Positions 53,094 to 64,000 of a stretch of DNA of 64,000 nt are shown here, piece after piece (position 1 is the first letter of the stretch; each line of letters opens with the position of its first letter). The position numbers and the translations under genes are program-made. The notes beneath the pieces were generated by a model, which saw nothing but the letters and a program-made list of their open reading frames with translations, did no database searches and had not been told where the DNA came from. The DNA comes from Mobula hypostoma (lineage: Eukaryota): NCBI RefSeq assembly GCF_963921235.1, contig NC_086097.1, positions 181,414,001 through 181,478,000 of the forward strand, given 5' to 3'.

Positions 53094-53372
53094 TATTAAC
53101 TACAGGAGATGGGATGTAATATTGGAAGTTGCAGAAGGCGTTGGTGAGGCTTAATTTGGAGTATTATGTGCAGTTTTGGTCACCTGCCTACTGAAAAGAT
53201 GTAAATAAGGTTGAAAGAGTACACAGAAAATTTACAAGGATGTTGCTGGGACTGGAGGACCTGAGTTATTAAAAGAAAAGATTGAATAGGTTAGGACTTT
53301 ATTCTTTGGAACGTAGAAGACTGAGAAGAGATTGATAGAGGTATGCAAAATTATGAGGGGTATAGATAAGGT

Positions 53373-53656
53373 GTGTGGCACATGTCAAAGTGGTTAGGGT
53401 GTTGGACTAGCGATCTGAAGGTCATTGGTTCGAGCCTCGGCCGAGGTAGTATGTGTGTCCTTGAGCAAGGCATTTAACCACACAATGCTCCAGTCTACCC
53501 AGCTGAGAATGGGTACCAGCAAAAATGCTGGGGGTTACCCTCGCGATAGACTGGCGTCCTATCCAGGGGGAGTCTCGTACTCTCAATCGCTTCACGCCAT
53601 GGAAACCAGCATAAATACTGGCCTGATGGGCCACAAGGCTCATGACAGATATTAAA
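53373..53656 (+). mobile_element. Full-length tRNA-derived SINE with a Meta-domain-like central box
   Basis: A-box-like agtggttagg and B-box-like ggttcgagcc are followed by tgtccttgagcaaggc and ctcgcgatagactggcgtcctatccagggggagt. An 11-bp TSD atagataaggt lies at 53362-53372 and 53657-53667. Confidence 0.85.
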
Positions 53657-54099
53657 ATAGATAAGGTAAATGCAAGCAGGCATTTTCCACTGAGGTTTTG
53701 TGGGACTACAACTAGAGGTCATGAGTTAAGGTTGAAAGGTAAAAAGTTGAAGGGGAACATGAAAGGAAACTTCACTCAGAGGGTTGTGAAAGTCTGGAAC
53801 AAGCTGCCAACAGAAGTGGTGCCTGCGAGCTCAATATTTGGATAGGTACATGGATAATAGAGATATGGATGGCTATGGTCAGTTGCAGTTTGATGGATCT
53901 AGGCAGTTTAAATGGTTCAGTGTGGATCAGGTGGGCCGAATAGCCTGTTTCTGGCTGTACTTCTCTATGACTCTATGACTAATTTTAGGGTGTACATTAG
54001 TAGTCCTAACTATTCAGGACTTTTTTTTAAACCTGTCAATGAGATGAATAGGCTTAGCACAACAATATCAGCTTCTCAACATCAGGCTGGAAGTCACTC

Positions 54100-55609
54100 A
54101 GAAGGAACTCAGGTCCCCACATTCAGTAATTTGCAGTGTTCCATTGCTTTGAAAAAAAGTTGAACGACTGCATTGAAACTGCGCTCCACTAAGTATGATG
54201 CTGGAAAGATGATAAAGACCATCTTGACTTTTTTCCACAGTGCAGAATAACATTCAGAGATTTCTTTCCACAAGGCATTTTGAATCTTGGTTCAGCTCAG
54301 TAGTTTTGTAGTGAGATTAGTTCTTCTTCGATCCTTCTTGTTAAATCCTCATTACAAATGTTCAGGAATAGATTTATTACCCAGTCTGGCTTTTGGATCA
54401 AGAGAAGATCTCTTTGACACGTCTATATGCAGCTCACCCAGATGGGGAGAGTATACTTGAAGATTATCATCTGGTATTCCTTCTATTCCGACTCAGATAG
54501 GCTCAGAAATTGGAAAAGGTCATGACAGCCAATGTTGCACTTAAATAGAATTAACTTGAACAGAAAGGTGGAGACAACTGATTTGACTTTGAGAGGATTC
54601 ACATAATTTCCTTGCAATTGAAGATTAATTTCTTTAAACTTCATGAATGATTCTGGAAAAATAAGCAACGTCATACTTAATATTCTTGAGTTGATTACTG
54701 AATTGAGTCTTCAAAGAATGTTATCACAGTTTCAAAAATCACATAAAAGGCTTTCAGGTAGTTTCCATTTGAGAATCATCTGTCTTCTGTGTGCAACAGC
54801 ACGCTTTGAAACTGATCATCATTCTCAATCCAAAGCTCTCGAAATAGTCAAGAATTATGAGCGTGGGACTTGATTTTATTTACTGCTGTGATAAACAGTA
54901 CTTAACGATGTGTACAGATGATTACTTAGTATTTCTGTGACAAAATGTTGTCTGTGAATTACGTAGTGAATGGTAAATATGTTAGGTACAGCTTTTTTTC
55001 AGGAAAGTAATCGCCCCATGGTGGCATTGTGTCATTGGTGGTGCCCCATCTGTTGCACAAGCAAGAACCTTGGTGAGCGGAATGTCCTTCTCTTCGACAA
55101 ATTGCTCAACAACCCAAAATATTGATTCCCCCTTCGCATCTGTAGTCTCCTTGCAAATAAACTCTTGAGCCATGCTTTCATCTTTTATGAAGCGGACGTA
55201 ACCAAGAAGCAAAAATCCATTGTCTGAAATCGCTGACTCGTCCAACTGCAGAGCAAATTCAGCAATAATGCACAGGCCAGACCTGGAAATAACACTATTT
55301 ATTCAGTCTAGATTTCTCATGATAAGCCAAAGCAGAAAACATTATTTTCAACAACTACAATGTGCTTTGAGCAAAGTCTAAGAGAACGGTGGGTTAGCTG
55401 GAGATGAGGTTACATGATCCTTGTAATCAATTATGAGCTACTGAGGATCAAATACTTATAATAATTCACTTCAGTTAAACCTGTAATCCCTCAGCTGCCC
55501 CCCTTGCTACCGAGCACACCCCCTCCCACTGCTCCCTTTATCTTTATTGCCCCATAGAAACTCCCAGTGCTCCCAGGAGGGAGAATGTCACCCACTTTGT
55601 GAACCACTG
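54100..55609 (-). mobile_element. Decayed hAT (Buster/Charlie-type) transposon
   Basis: ALQLDES...LLLGYVRFI...CATDGAPPM and F.EINLQLQG. A TIR-like cagtggttcacaaagtggg on the minus strand ends at 55609. Confidence 0.7.
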
Positions 55610-56272
55610 GTCTATCCCAAATAAGTAATCCTGAATCATAAAGCTCTCAAAAGGTAATTGGCAGGTCAACTTTTTTTGAACTATGCTCCTAAACAGTGGA
55701 ACTCAATACCTAAAACTATAAGAGATGTGGACTCAATTGACACTTTTAAATGCCAGCTCCAAACCTATTTATTTAACCTTGCTTTTAACTTACATCATTT
55801 GTCTTTATTTTCTTGTTTGTACTTTGTCCCTTTATAAAGCACTTTGAAATACAGTGTTGGTATGGACAATGTTCTAAAAATAAGTTTTATTATTGTTATT
55901 ATTATGTCCATCAGTTTAGCAACACTATGAGCACTTTGATCACCTTGTACTATTTTTTTGTTGTTCTGATTGTATTCTTTCTTGTAAAAATTGTATGTAG
56001 TTTATGTTTAATGTATGCTTTTCTTCTGAATGCTGCTTATAAGATACTATGTGCCTGTGATGCAGCTGCAAGTAAGTTTTTAATTGCACCTATACATACA
56101 TGTACTTGTGCAGATGACAATAAAGTTAACTTTGACCTTGACTGGTCATTGTTGTGTTGCTGCTTTTGGGAGTGTTCTGCCTGCGTTCAACTGCAGTGAT
56201 CCCTACAGGGAGAGTGTCACTGACTGGGCATTCCCTTGTGCTAACATTAATCTGTCTATTCACCTACAACAG

Positions 56273-56502
56273 ACCACCGTCACTCCTCACTTCACACTCA
56301 CCACCCCCTCTCCACACACCTGCCATCAGAGGGCCGCAGGAAGAAAGGGAGCCAGAAGAAGAGCAAGAAGACAGCCTCTTCTCCAACTGGTGCACCCACC
56401 ATCGAGGAGGGGGATGAGGAGGATGAGCAAAGCGATGGCGCACTGGAGAAGAAAGAACCCAAGGAGGGCCCCATTCCCTCTCATGCCGCTGGAGATGTTC
56501 AG
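56273..56502 (+). CDS. SLC4A2: Anion exchanger 2 coding exon (equivalent to exon 4), phase 1 to 0
   Basis: Branch-like ctaac at 56241, acceptor caacag| and donor CAG|gtgagg. It encodes (Y)HRHSSLHTHHPLSTHLPSEGRRKKGSQKKSKKTASSPTGAPTIEEGDEEDEQ...GDVQ, matching AE2 YHRQSSHHIHHPLSTHLP...SPTGETPTIEEGEEDE...VQ. Confidence 0.95.
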
Positions 56503-58289
56503 GTGAGGTCAGAGGGAGTGAAGGGTAGGGTGGTCCTCAGCCTAGTGATGGCACGTAGGGGTTGAGGACACTGCGGCAGGGTGGGAAGAGGAGCAAGGTT
56601 GAGGGGGTTAATGTTGCATAGAGGTAGGGATAAGATTGGGTGAGGGTGACGACGCAGGTTTCAGCTGGGGTGGGTGTAAATAATGTTTTCACTCCTGAAA
56701 AAAGAACATCGCTGGATACTGAACCCAAAACAGAAAAGCTGGAAGATCTCGCTGGGGTCAGGCAGTATCTGAGGAAAGAAAAATAGGTCAGTGTTTCAGG
56801 TCTGGAACCCACCTCAGAGCTGTTAGGAGAGTTGTGGAGTCACAGTTTAAAAGCAGATCCAGGGGTGGGGGCGGGGCACAAGAGACTGCAAGAGCAGAAA
56901 TCTGTAGCAACCAAGAAGCGCCGGAGAGTCAGATAGCATCTGTCAAGGAAAATAAAGAGCTGACTTTTTGGCTTGAGACCCTCCATTTAGGGGAGGAGTG
57001 GAGAGAGAGAAGTTACTACAGATCAGGTGATCATGAGCATGAGTGTGAATTGTGAGTGAGACATTTTAAAAAGACAGGGTGAGAAAGGACAGCAGTGGGA
57101 TGATTAAATCAGCAGTTTTGCATTTCACCTACGCTCAGACCACTGGGGTGATGCTGAGATTGCTGTTACCCTCACTTTAATTCTCAGTCCCGTTCCCATT
57201 CTGAACTGTCTGATAAGACCACAACTTATCTTCCATCTGGCCATTTTGCAGCCCTCTGGAATGATCTATAACTTCAGGTAAGATGCTGTCTGCTTTCCAT
57301 TGTCTTGCTGTTGTATCTCTCCCACCTTGCTCCTTAAAGCTGCTTTGTTATTGGTCAGCACTCATCTGGCACATTACTGTTACAGCCTGAGAGGTCATAA
57401 GCAATATCCACAATCTTCTGTCTTAGAACATTACAGCGCAGCACAAGCCCTTGTCTATGAATGAGAGAAAAAATTTAAATGTCTCCAAAGTTTAACCTGT
57501 CTCTGCAACCACCCTGACAAGGCAATACATGCACCCACCACTCTCTATGTAAAGAAATTACATCTGACATCCCCCACTATATTCTCCTCCAATCACCTTA
57601 AAATTATTCCCCCTTGTATTAGCTAGTGAATATCCTAGTAAATTTCTTTTCAGTTGGTCCTATATTACTATATCCTTGTAAGAGGATATCCTTATAAAGA
57701 ACCCAAAGCTCCACACAGCTGCAACAAAACCTCACAATACAAACTCCAGTGCATTTCCTTATGAAGAAACCTGATGTTTGCTTTCTTGACCATTTGTTGG
57801 ACGTGACTGTTAAACTTTTGTGATTCAAGCACCTTGACTTCTCTAACTTACACTCATTTGCGTTATCTCTCCATTTAGATAATCTACTTTTTAGTTCTTT
57901 TACTGAGGTGCGTATATCAGTCATCTCAGACTTCCTTACGTTAAACTCCCTTTGCTAAGTTTTTGCTGAAGGATGTTAAGAAGTATCTCCTCAAACTGTC
58001 TAGCAATGCCTGACAGATTGTCTCCAGCCAGCTGTCTACTTTTGACAAGCATCTGCTAAGTACCAACCAATTCTCCTTTCTGGCACCTGAGGCAAGTTCT
58101 TTTGTCTACTGCATAACCTCAGTCTGAAGGTGTGCAGTGCACACTGCAGCTATCATTTCTGTTCTTGATCTAATCTAATTGAGGGTCTTACAGCACAGAA
58201 ACGGGTTGTATCTCACTCCACACCCCAGTGCTGCTTTTACACTGTAACCCTTCCCCCACCCCACGCTCAACCTCTCCTGCTCTCTATCT

Positions 58290-59485
58290 CTTTCCTGACA
58301 AATCTGTTGGAATTCTTTGAGAAAATAAAAGGCAGGATAGACAGAGGAGTCAGTGGATGTTGTTTACTTGGATTTTCAGAAGGTTTTTGAACGGTGCCAC
58401 ACATGAGGCTGCTAAACAGTATGAGAGCCCATGGTATAACAGGAAAGGTCCTCACATCGTTAGAAGATTGGCTGACTGTCAGGAAACAAAGAGTGGGAGT
58501 AAAGGGTTTTTTTTTCTGATTGGCTGCTGGTGACTACTGGTGATTCACAGAGGTTGGTGTTGGGTCTGCTCATTTCACGATATATATCAATGATTTGGAT
58601 TATGGAATTGATGGCTTTATGACCAAGTTTGCAGATGATACAAAGATAAATTGAGAAAGCAGGGAATCTGCAGGATTTAGACAGATTAGGAGATTGAACA
58701 AAGAAGTGGCAGATGGAATATATTGTAGGGAAGTGTATAATCATACACTTGGGTTGATGGAATATGGAGGAAAATTCAGAAATCAGTGGTACAAAGGGAC
58801 TTGGGAGTCATCCTGCAGGATTCCCTAAAGGTTAACTTGCAGGTTGAGTAAGTGGTAAGGAAGCTAAATGCAATGTTAGCATTCATTTCAAGAGGTTTAT
58901 AATAGGAAAGCAAGGATGTAATGCTGAGTATTTGTAAGCCATTGGTAAGACCACTCTTGGAGTATTGTGAGCAGTTTTGTGCTCTTTGTCAAAGATGTGC
59001 TGGCACTGAAGAGTGTCCAGAGGAGGTTTACAAGAATGGTCCCGGGAATGAAAGGGTTATCATATGAAGAACGTTTGGTACTGGGCCTGTACTCACTGGA
59101 GTTTAGAAGAATGAGGAGGGGATCTCGTTGAAATCTATTGAATATTAAAAGGCCTAGATAGAGCAGATATGGAGAGGATGCTTCCTATAGTGGGGAATTC
59201 TAGGACGAGAGGGCACAGGCTCAGAATAGAGAGTTATCCTTTTAAAACAGATGAGGGAAGATTTCTTTAGCCAGTGGGTGGTGAATGTGTGAAATTCATT
59301 GCCACAGACAGCTATGGAGGCCAAGTAATTGGGTATGTTTGAAGCAGAGGTTGATAGTTTTAGCAGGAAGGTAGGAGAAGGCAGAAGAAAGGGGTTAAGA
59401 GGGGTAATAAATTAGCCACAATGGAATGGCAAAATAGCCCCATTGGGCCAAATAGCCTAATTTTGCTGCCCATGTCTTATGATCT
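58290..59485 (+). mobile_element. Decayed CR1 ORF2 3' fragment ending ~35 nt before exon 5
   Basis: VDVVYLDFQK, FADDTK and a CR1 3' UTR. Confidence 0.75.
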
Positions 59486-59519
59486 AAATATTTGATATCT
59501 CTGTCCTCACCTACTCCAG

Positions 59520-59677
59520 TTCTTCATGCCTGACGAGGAACTAGAAGTTAATGCAGCTTTGCTGAACACACTGGATGGTAACCGGAAGCAGCAGGACATT
59601 CCAGCCCCACACAAAGAGCCTGAAGCAGACATCCAGAGCAGTCAGCTCAGGAAGAGCAGTGAGCGCATTGCACTCAG
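59520..59677 (+). CDS. SLC4A2: Anion exchanger 2 coding exon (equivalent to exon 5), phase 0 to 2
   Basis: Acceptor ctactccag| and donor AG|gtaagc. It encodes FFMPDEELEVNAALLNTLDGNRKQQDIPAPHKEPEADIQSSQLRKSSERIAL. The VQ|FF junction is as in AE2 (VQFFLQED) rather than AE3 (AKFSIG). Confidence 0.88.
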
Positions 59678-61228
59678 GTAAGCTCAGCCCATGCTCAGTG
59701 CTGTCCCTTGTTCTGATTAAGGCACCAGTACCAACACCTGAACCCTTCAGGAACAGCACAAAACTGAGGTGGGATTGTTTTCTCTGGAGCAACAGAGGTT
59801 GAGGGAGAGATTTGATAGAAGATTATAAAATTATGAGACACAGATAGACAGCTGGTACCTTTTTCTCAAGGTTGAAACATCTAGTATTCGAGGGCATACA
59901 TTTAAGATGAAGGGGAAAGTTTAAAGGAAATATGCGGAACAATTTTTTTTTAACACAGAGTGATGAATGCCTGGAATTGGAGGCCAGGGTGGTGGAGGTA
60001 AATATGTAGGTGCTTAAGAGGCTCTTACATGCACACATAAATACACAGGAAATGGTGGGATACAGACATTGTGTAGGCAGAAGGATTTGTTTGAATTTAC
60101 TTGGGCATTTGTTCAGTTTAGCAGAAAATCATGGGGTTCTGTGTATATGGAAAAAGCTGTCAGAGGAAGTGACAGGGGTAGGTATAGTTACAATATATAA
60201 AATGCATTTGAAAGGATGCGTCCATTGGAAAGGAATGGAAGGATATATGCCAAACACAGGATAATGAGATTTGTGTAGCTAGGTAGGCATAGACAAGTTG
60301 GGCCTAAGGGCCTACCTCAGTGCTGTAGAATTCTATATCCCTGCCTTAGTCCCATCATGCTGACCTGTGGAGACAGACAATCTGTGTAGCACATCCTGCA
60401 CACCAAAATACAAACCTGCACAATCTGACATGCAAAGCATACAGACTGTTTACCAACATCTATATGAAAAACTTGTCCTTCAGATCCCCTTTTAACCTCT
60501 CCCCCTCACCTTAAACTAATGCCCACCAGGTTTAAACTCCCCTACCCTTGGAAAAAGCCTGTGGCTATTTACCCTCTCTGTGCCCCTCTAAACTTATAAA
60601 TCTCTAAACCCCTCAGCCTCCTTCACCGCAGTGAGAACAATCCCACCCAGTCTAATTTCCTCAAAACTGCAACCCTCCATTCCAGACTGCATCCTGGTGC
60701 AGCGAGATGACCCTTGCTTTTCCTGCTGTTCTTAGTCACCCCAGAGTCCTGCTGAGTGTGTGGACTCTCGGCCAGTGAGACTGCACATCAGTTCCTGACC
60801 TCCGGCTTTGGATTCAAGAGCACTGGGTGTGGACCTGCATGTCCTTCTGCCAGGAGAAGCATTTCTTCCAAGGTGCCCGTACCGGTGACCCAGTTGAGAG
60901 GCTGATCTGAATGAGGGTGTGGTGGTGACAGGACCAGACGAGGCTGCGGGCATCTGGCAGTATGACCAAGACATCAATGAGGGTGGGAGCCAGGAGGTGA
61001 AATGATATCACATAGCGAGTTGCTGTGGTCTGGAACACACTGTCCGTGTGGGCAGAGGGAAGTTCAGTCAAATTGTTGTGATTCAGGAATATTTAAAAGG
61101 AGGGCTATGTGCAAAGGGCAGAAAAGGTCTCCGACAATCAGATGAATCACTGAATGTAACAAGCAAACTGCTGTAGGAACTGAGCAGGTTAAGTAGATTT
61201 GTGGGAAGAAAGGAATTGTTGATGTTGA

Positions 61229-61419
61229 AGCAACATACATCAAAGTTGCTGGTGAACGCAGCAGGCCAAGCAGCATCTATAGGAAGAGGCGCAGTCGACG
61301 TTTCAGGCCGAGACCCGTCGACTGCGCCTCTTCCTATAGATGCTGCTTGGCCTGCTGCGTTCACCAGCAACTTTGATGTATGTTGCTTGAATTTCCAGCA
61401 TCTGCAGAATTCCTGTTGT
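61229..61419. mobile_element. Fold-back Penelope-derived mini-element with a perfect 73-bp stem
   Basis: Arms 61228-61300 and 61316-61388 are exact reverse complements. A 13-bp TSD ttgttgatgttga lies at 61216-61228 and 61420-61432. Confidence 0.9.
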
Positions 61420-62410
61420 TTGTTGATGTTGATCCAGGTTTCAGCATCAGCAATCTCTTGTGTGTCCGAAACATTGAGAGCATTTATCCAAACCCCTCTC
61501 TTCCCTGAATCCTCTTCCCCATTAATTCCTTCCTCACCCCTGCAACCCCTCTTCACTTGCCCTTGTTCCTGTTCCAGGTGTGGCGCCCTCCCTCTCCCAC
61601 ACACTTTCAGCTTGAAAGTTGGTGGTACCCACACACAATCTGCTTTGCGACGTATGTACCTGCAGTTGCATTCAGCTTTGTGTTGGTAATTCCCAGCTCT
61701 GCTTGTCAGTCCTTGATCTAGAGAGTGGGGGTAGGGGTGGAGCAGCCATTTATCTCTCTGGCTGGGTGTGGGTGGAAGGCTGGGCTTTGGCTGTGCTCAA
61801 CCTGTTCGGTGGGTTTGTCCAGGCCAGCAGAGTTCACAGTGGAACCATCTCTTTTTTTTCAATCAATGCCTCCCTCTCCCCAGGGCTTGCTGCCCTCCAG
61901 CCTGATAAAAGCATTCCTTTATCCAGAGGATTTCTCTCTTGCCCCTGCCTGTCTGAATCATGTAACTTCATGGACCCGTTGCTGTTCCCTGAGCATGTTG
62001 AGGTTTCCTCTTGTGGAGTCTACAGCATTGGGGTTCCTCTTGCCTACATTTCATGGTCACCTCGACCTCCACTACCCTTGCCCCGACTAACTATCCGATA
62101 CCTGTTGTTGTTTAAAAGGTTTATTTTACATATTTACATCCCAATGAGCAATTCCTTGCAAAGCTCCTGAAGCCCCACCAGTTGCAGAATGCTTCCGGAG
62201 AGCCAACGGACACCACCTGCTTCCTGCCCAGGAACACCATGCATGGGTGCATCCTTGGAAGAGGGGCAGACAGTCAGCTCAGAGCCTGCTGACCCGGCTT
62301 GGCTGGGAGGTTTGGCATCTTGCTGACCCCACTCTGCTCACTCCTCCCTCTCTGTAAACCTCCTCCAGTCTAGCAGGCACACGCATACACACACACATGC
62401 ACGCTATGTA

Positions 62411-62962
62411 CAGTACTGTGCAAACGTCTTAGGCACATACAGTATATATAGCTAGGGTACTTAAGACTTTTGCACAGTACTGTATTTGTCAACGTGGAGC
62501 GGAGAGCAAGTTTGTAAATCTGGTGGGAACAAAGGATGTTGGTAATGGCGAGGGTAGAGTGCTGCAAGAGGGGGTGTAGGACATGTGATTAGAGAAGGAA
62601 TACTGGGATGGGGCATGGCACTGGTGCAGACACACCCAGCTGTGATACACCAGGCAAGGTTATTTGATTCCAAACAATTGATTTATTGATCATTACAGAA
62701 TGTCTCCTTTGGTGTTTCCCACTCCTTCCCCTCTTCCCTTCCCCTTTTCCCAACCATGATTCCCCTCACCCTGCCCCCTTCCCACTTTCAGTCCAAAATA
62801 GAGACCCAATGTCAGAATCGGGTTTACCATCACCCACATGTCATGAAAGTTGTGTTTTGTTTGTGGCAGCAGTATGGTGCAATACATAAAATTACTACAG
62901 TACTGTGCAAAAGTCTTAGGCACTCTGGCTACATATATATGCCTGACTTTTGCACTGTACTG
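62411..62962. mobile_element. Two short Tc1/mariner-type hairpin MITEs (62411-62482, 62898-62962) bracketing ~415 bp
   Basis: Each has cagtactgtgcaaa(a/c)gtcttagg...gacttttgcac(a/t)gtactg. The first is flanked by TA on both sides. Confidence 0.7.
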
Positions 62963-64000
62963 TCTGAGCATGATGCAAATTTAAACTAATCCAATCTGCC
63001 TGCACATGGTCCGTGTCTCTCATGTTCATGTGCCAATCTAAATCCTTCTGTTTATCCCTCTCCCTCTGGTTATCCGTCTAACCCATTCCCTTGCTCCTCA
63101 GCCCCTCCCCATGGAACCTCTCTGACAATTCACTGTGACTAACCTTCTCCTCCATCCTCTATTATTCTCACATTCACCCTATCGAGTCACATGGCACTGA
63201 AACCAGACTCTTCCACCCGTTAAGTCCATGCCGAGCATCGAGTGCTCTTTTATACTAATCCCAGTTGTCAGCACCGGGTCTGTCACTTCCATATCTTGGC
63301 AAATCCAGTGTTTGCCAAAACATTTCTTGAACACTGTGTAAGTCTCTGCCTCCACCAACCCCTCTGGCAGTGCATTCCAGGGTCCAACCCCACTAACCCC
63401 CTCCCCCAGAGAAAAGAGTTCCACCCCCAAGGTTCCCTCCAAACCTTTTACCTGTACTATAAACCTATGCCTTGTAGTTTTAGACACCCCTGCTGTGGGG
63501 GAAGGTTTCCTACTATCTGCCCTAACTTGCCTTATCTCTGCTAAGTCTCTCCTCAATCATTCCACTTTCTGGAGCACTCTAGGTCAGTATTAGACTCAGC
63601 TCACTAGAACTGTGAGGTTTCACCACTGCTGGCCGCACCATTGTAGCTCAAAGTCTACTTCGGCCTGTTCAAATCCTAGCCACACTATTAAGAGATTACA
63701 TTTAATGACGCTGTGTCTGCCCCCTACCACAAGGAGGGACATATCTATCCCATCAAATCCTTTGATGAAACTGAAATTAGATGAAGCCTTGACCTTAGAG
63801 TCATGGAGTAACATAGCACAGAAAGAGGCCCCTCAGGCCCAAGTCCCTGCCCATCTAACCTTGTCCCATTTGTTCATGTTTAGTCCATATCCGTGAAATT
63901 GGTAAATTGGTTTATTATTGTCACATGTGCCATTGTACAGTGAAAGACTTGTACATATTGTTCATACAGATCAGTTCATATACCCCTTCCTATCCTTGTG

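Larger units (their letters stand above)
51610..53978 (+). mobile_element. Decayed CR1 LINE ORF2 carrying a fold-back PLE and a SINE insertion
   Basis: [39 protein letters not shown] and TRGH, with tail ctctatgactctatgact. Confidence 0.85.

Noticed and set aside
53373..53450. tRNA gene
   Set aside because: The tRNA-like head continues into a SINE body with a TSD, and no intact cloverleaf is evident.
51128..59677. Assignment to SLC4A3 or SLC4A1
   Set aside because: GVERF, HPLSTHLP, PTIEEG, the VQ|FF junction and the MDFLL first exon all favour AE2. A phylogeny with the full protein and synteny would settle it.
61083..62170. Long ORFs of 160-183 aa on both strands
   Set aside because: They derive from the palindromic pLTR and low-complexity flanks, with no protein-like signal.
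62180..62310. Open stretch MLPESQRTPPASCPGTPCMGASLEEG... as SLC4A2 exon 6
   Set aside because: It lacks the conserved YNLQERRRIGSMT / PTDE.EAQ.LA.ADLD motifs and has a poor acceptor. The true exon 6 is probably beyond the window.

Overview
This is vertebrate genomic DNA, not prokaryotic. The repeat set (CR1, Rex1/Babar, L2, Penelope-like elements, tRNA-derived SINEs, Tigger, hAT) suggests a cartilaginous fish such as a ray; that assignment is an inference. Most of the window is decayed, nested transposon sequence, and nearly all of the six-frame ORFs are TE fragments or noise. One host gene can be read on the + strand: the 5' part of an anion exchanger of the SLC4A2 (AE2) type. It has three well-supported internal coding exons (51128-51293, 56273-56502, 59520-59677). 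About 44.5 kb upstream is an 8-codon first exon, MDFLLSHE|gtaagt (6578-6601). It closely resembles the mammalian AE2b2 N-terminus (MDFLLRPQ) and has an HNF1-type palindrome just upstream. The most striking non-genic structure is a family of Penelope-like elements whose terminal repeats carry minimal hammerhead ribozyme motifs. They occur as long copies and as 190-280 bp fold-back elements with target-site duplications (TSDs). An L2 LINE ends only about 13 nt before the exon-3 acceptor. Most TE boundaries are approximate unless a TSD is quoted. Comparisons to mammalian AE2 are from recall and need checking by alignment.
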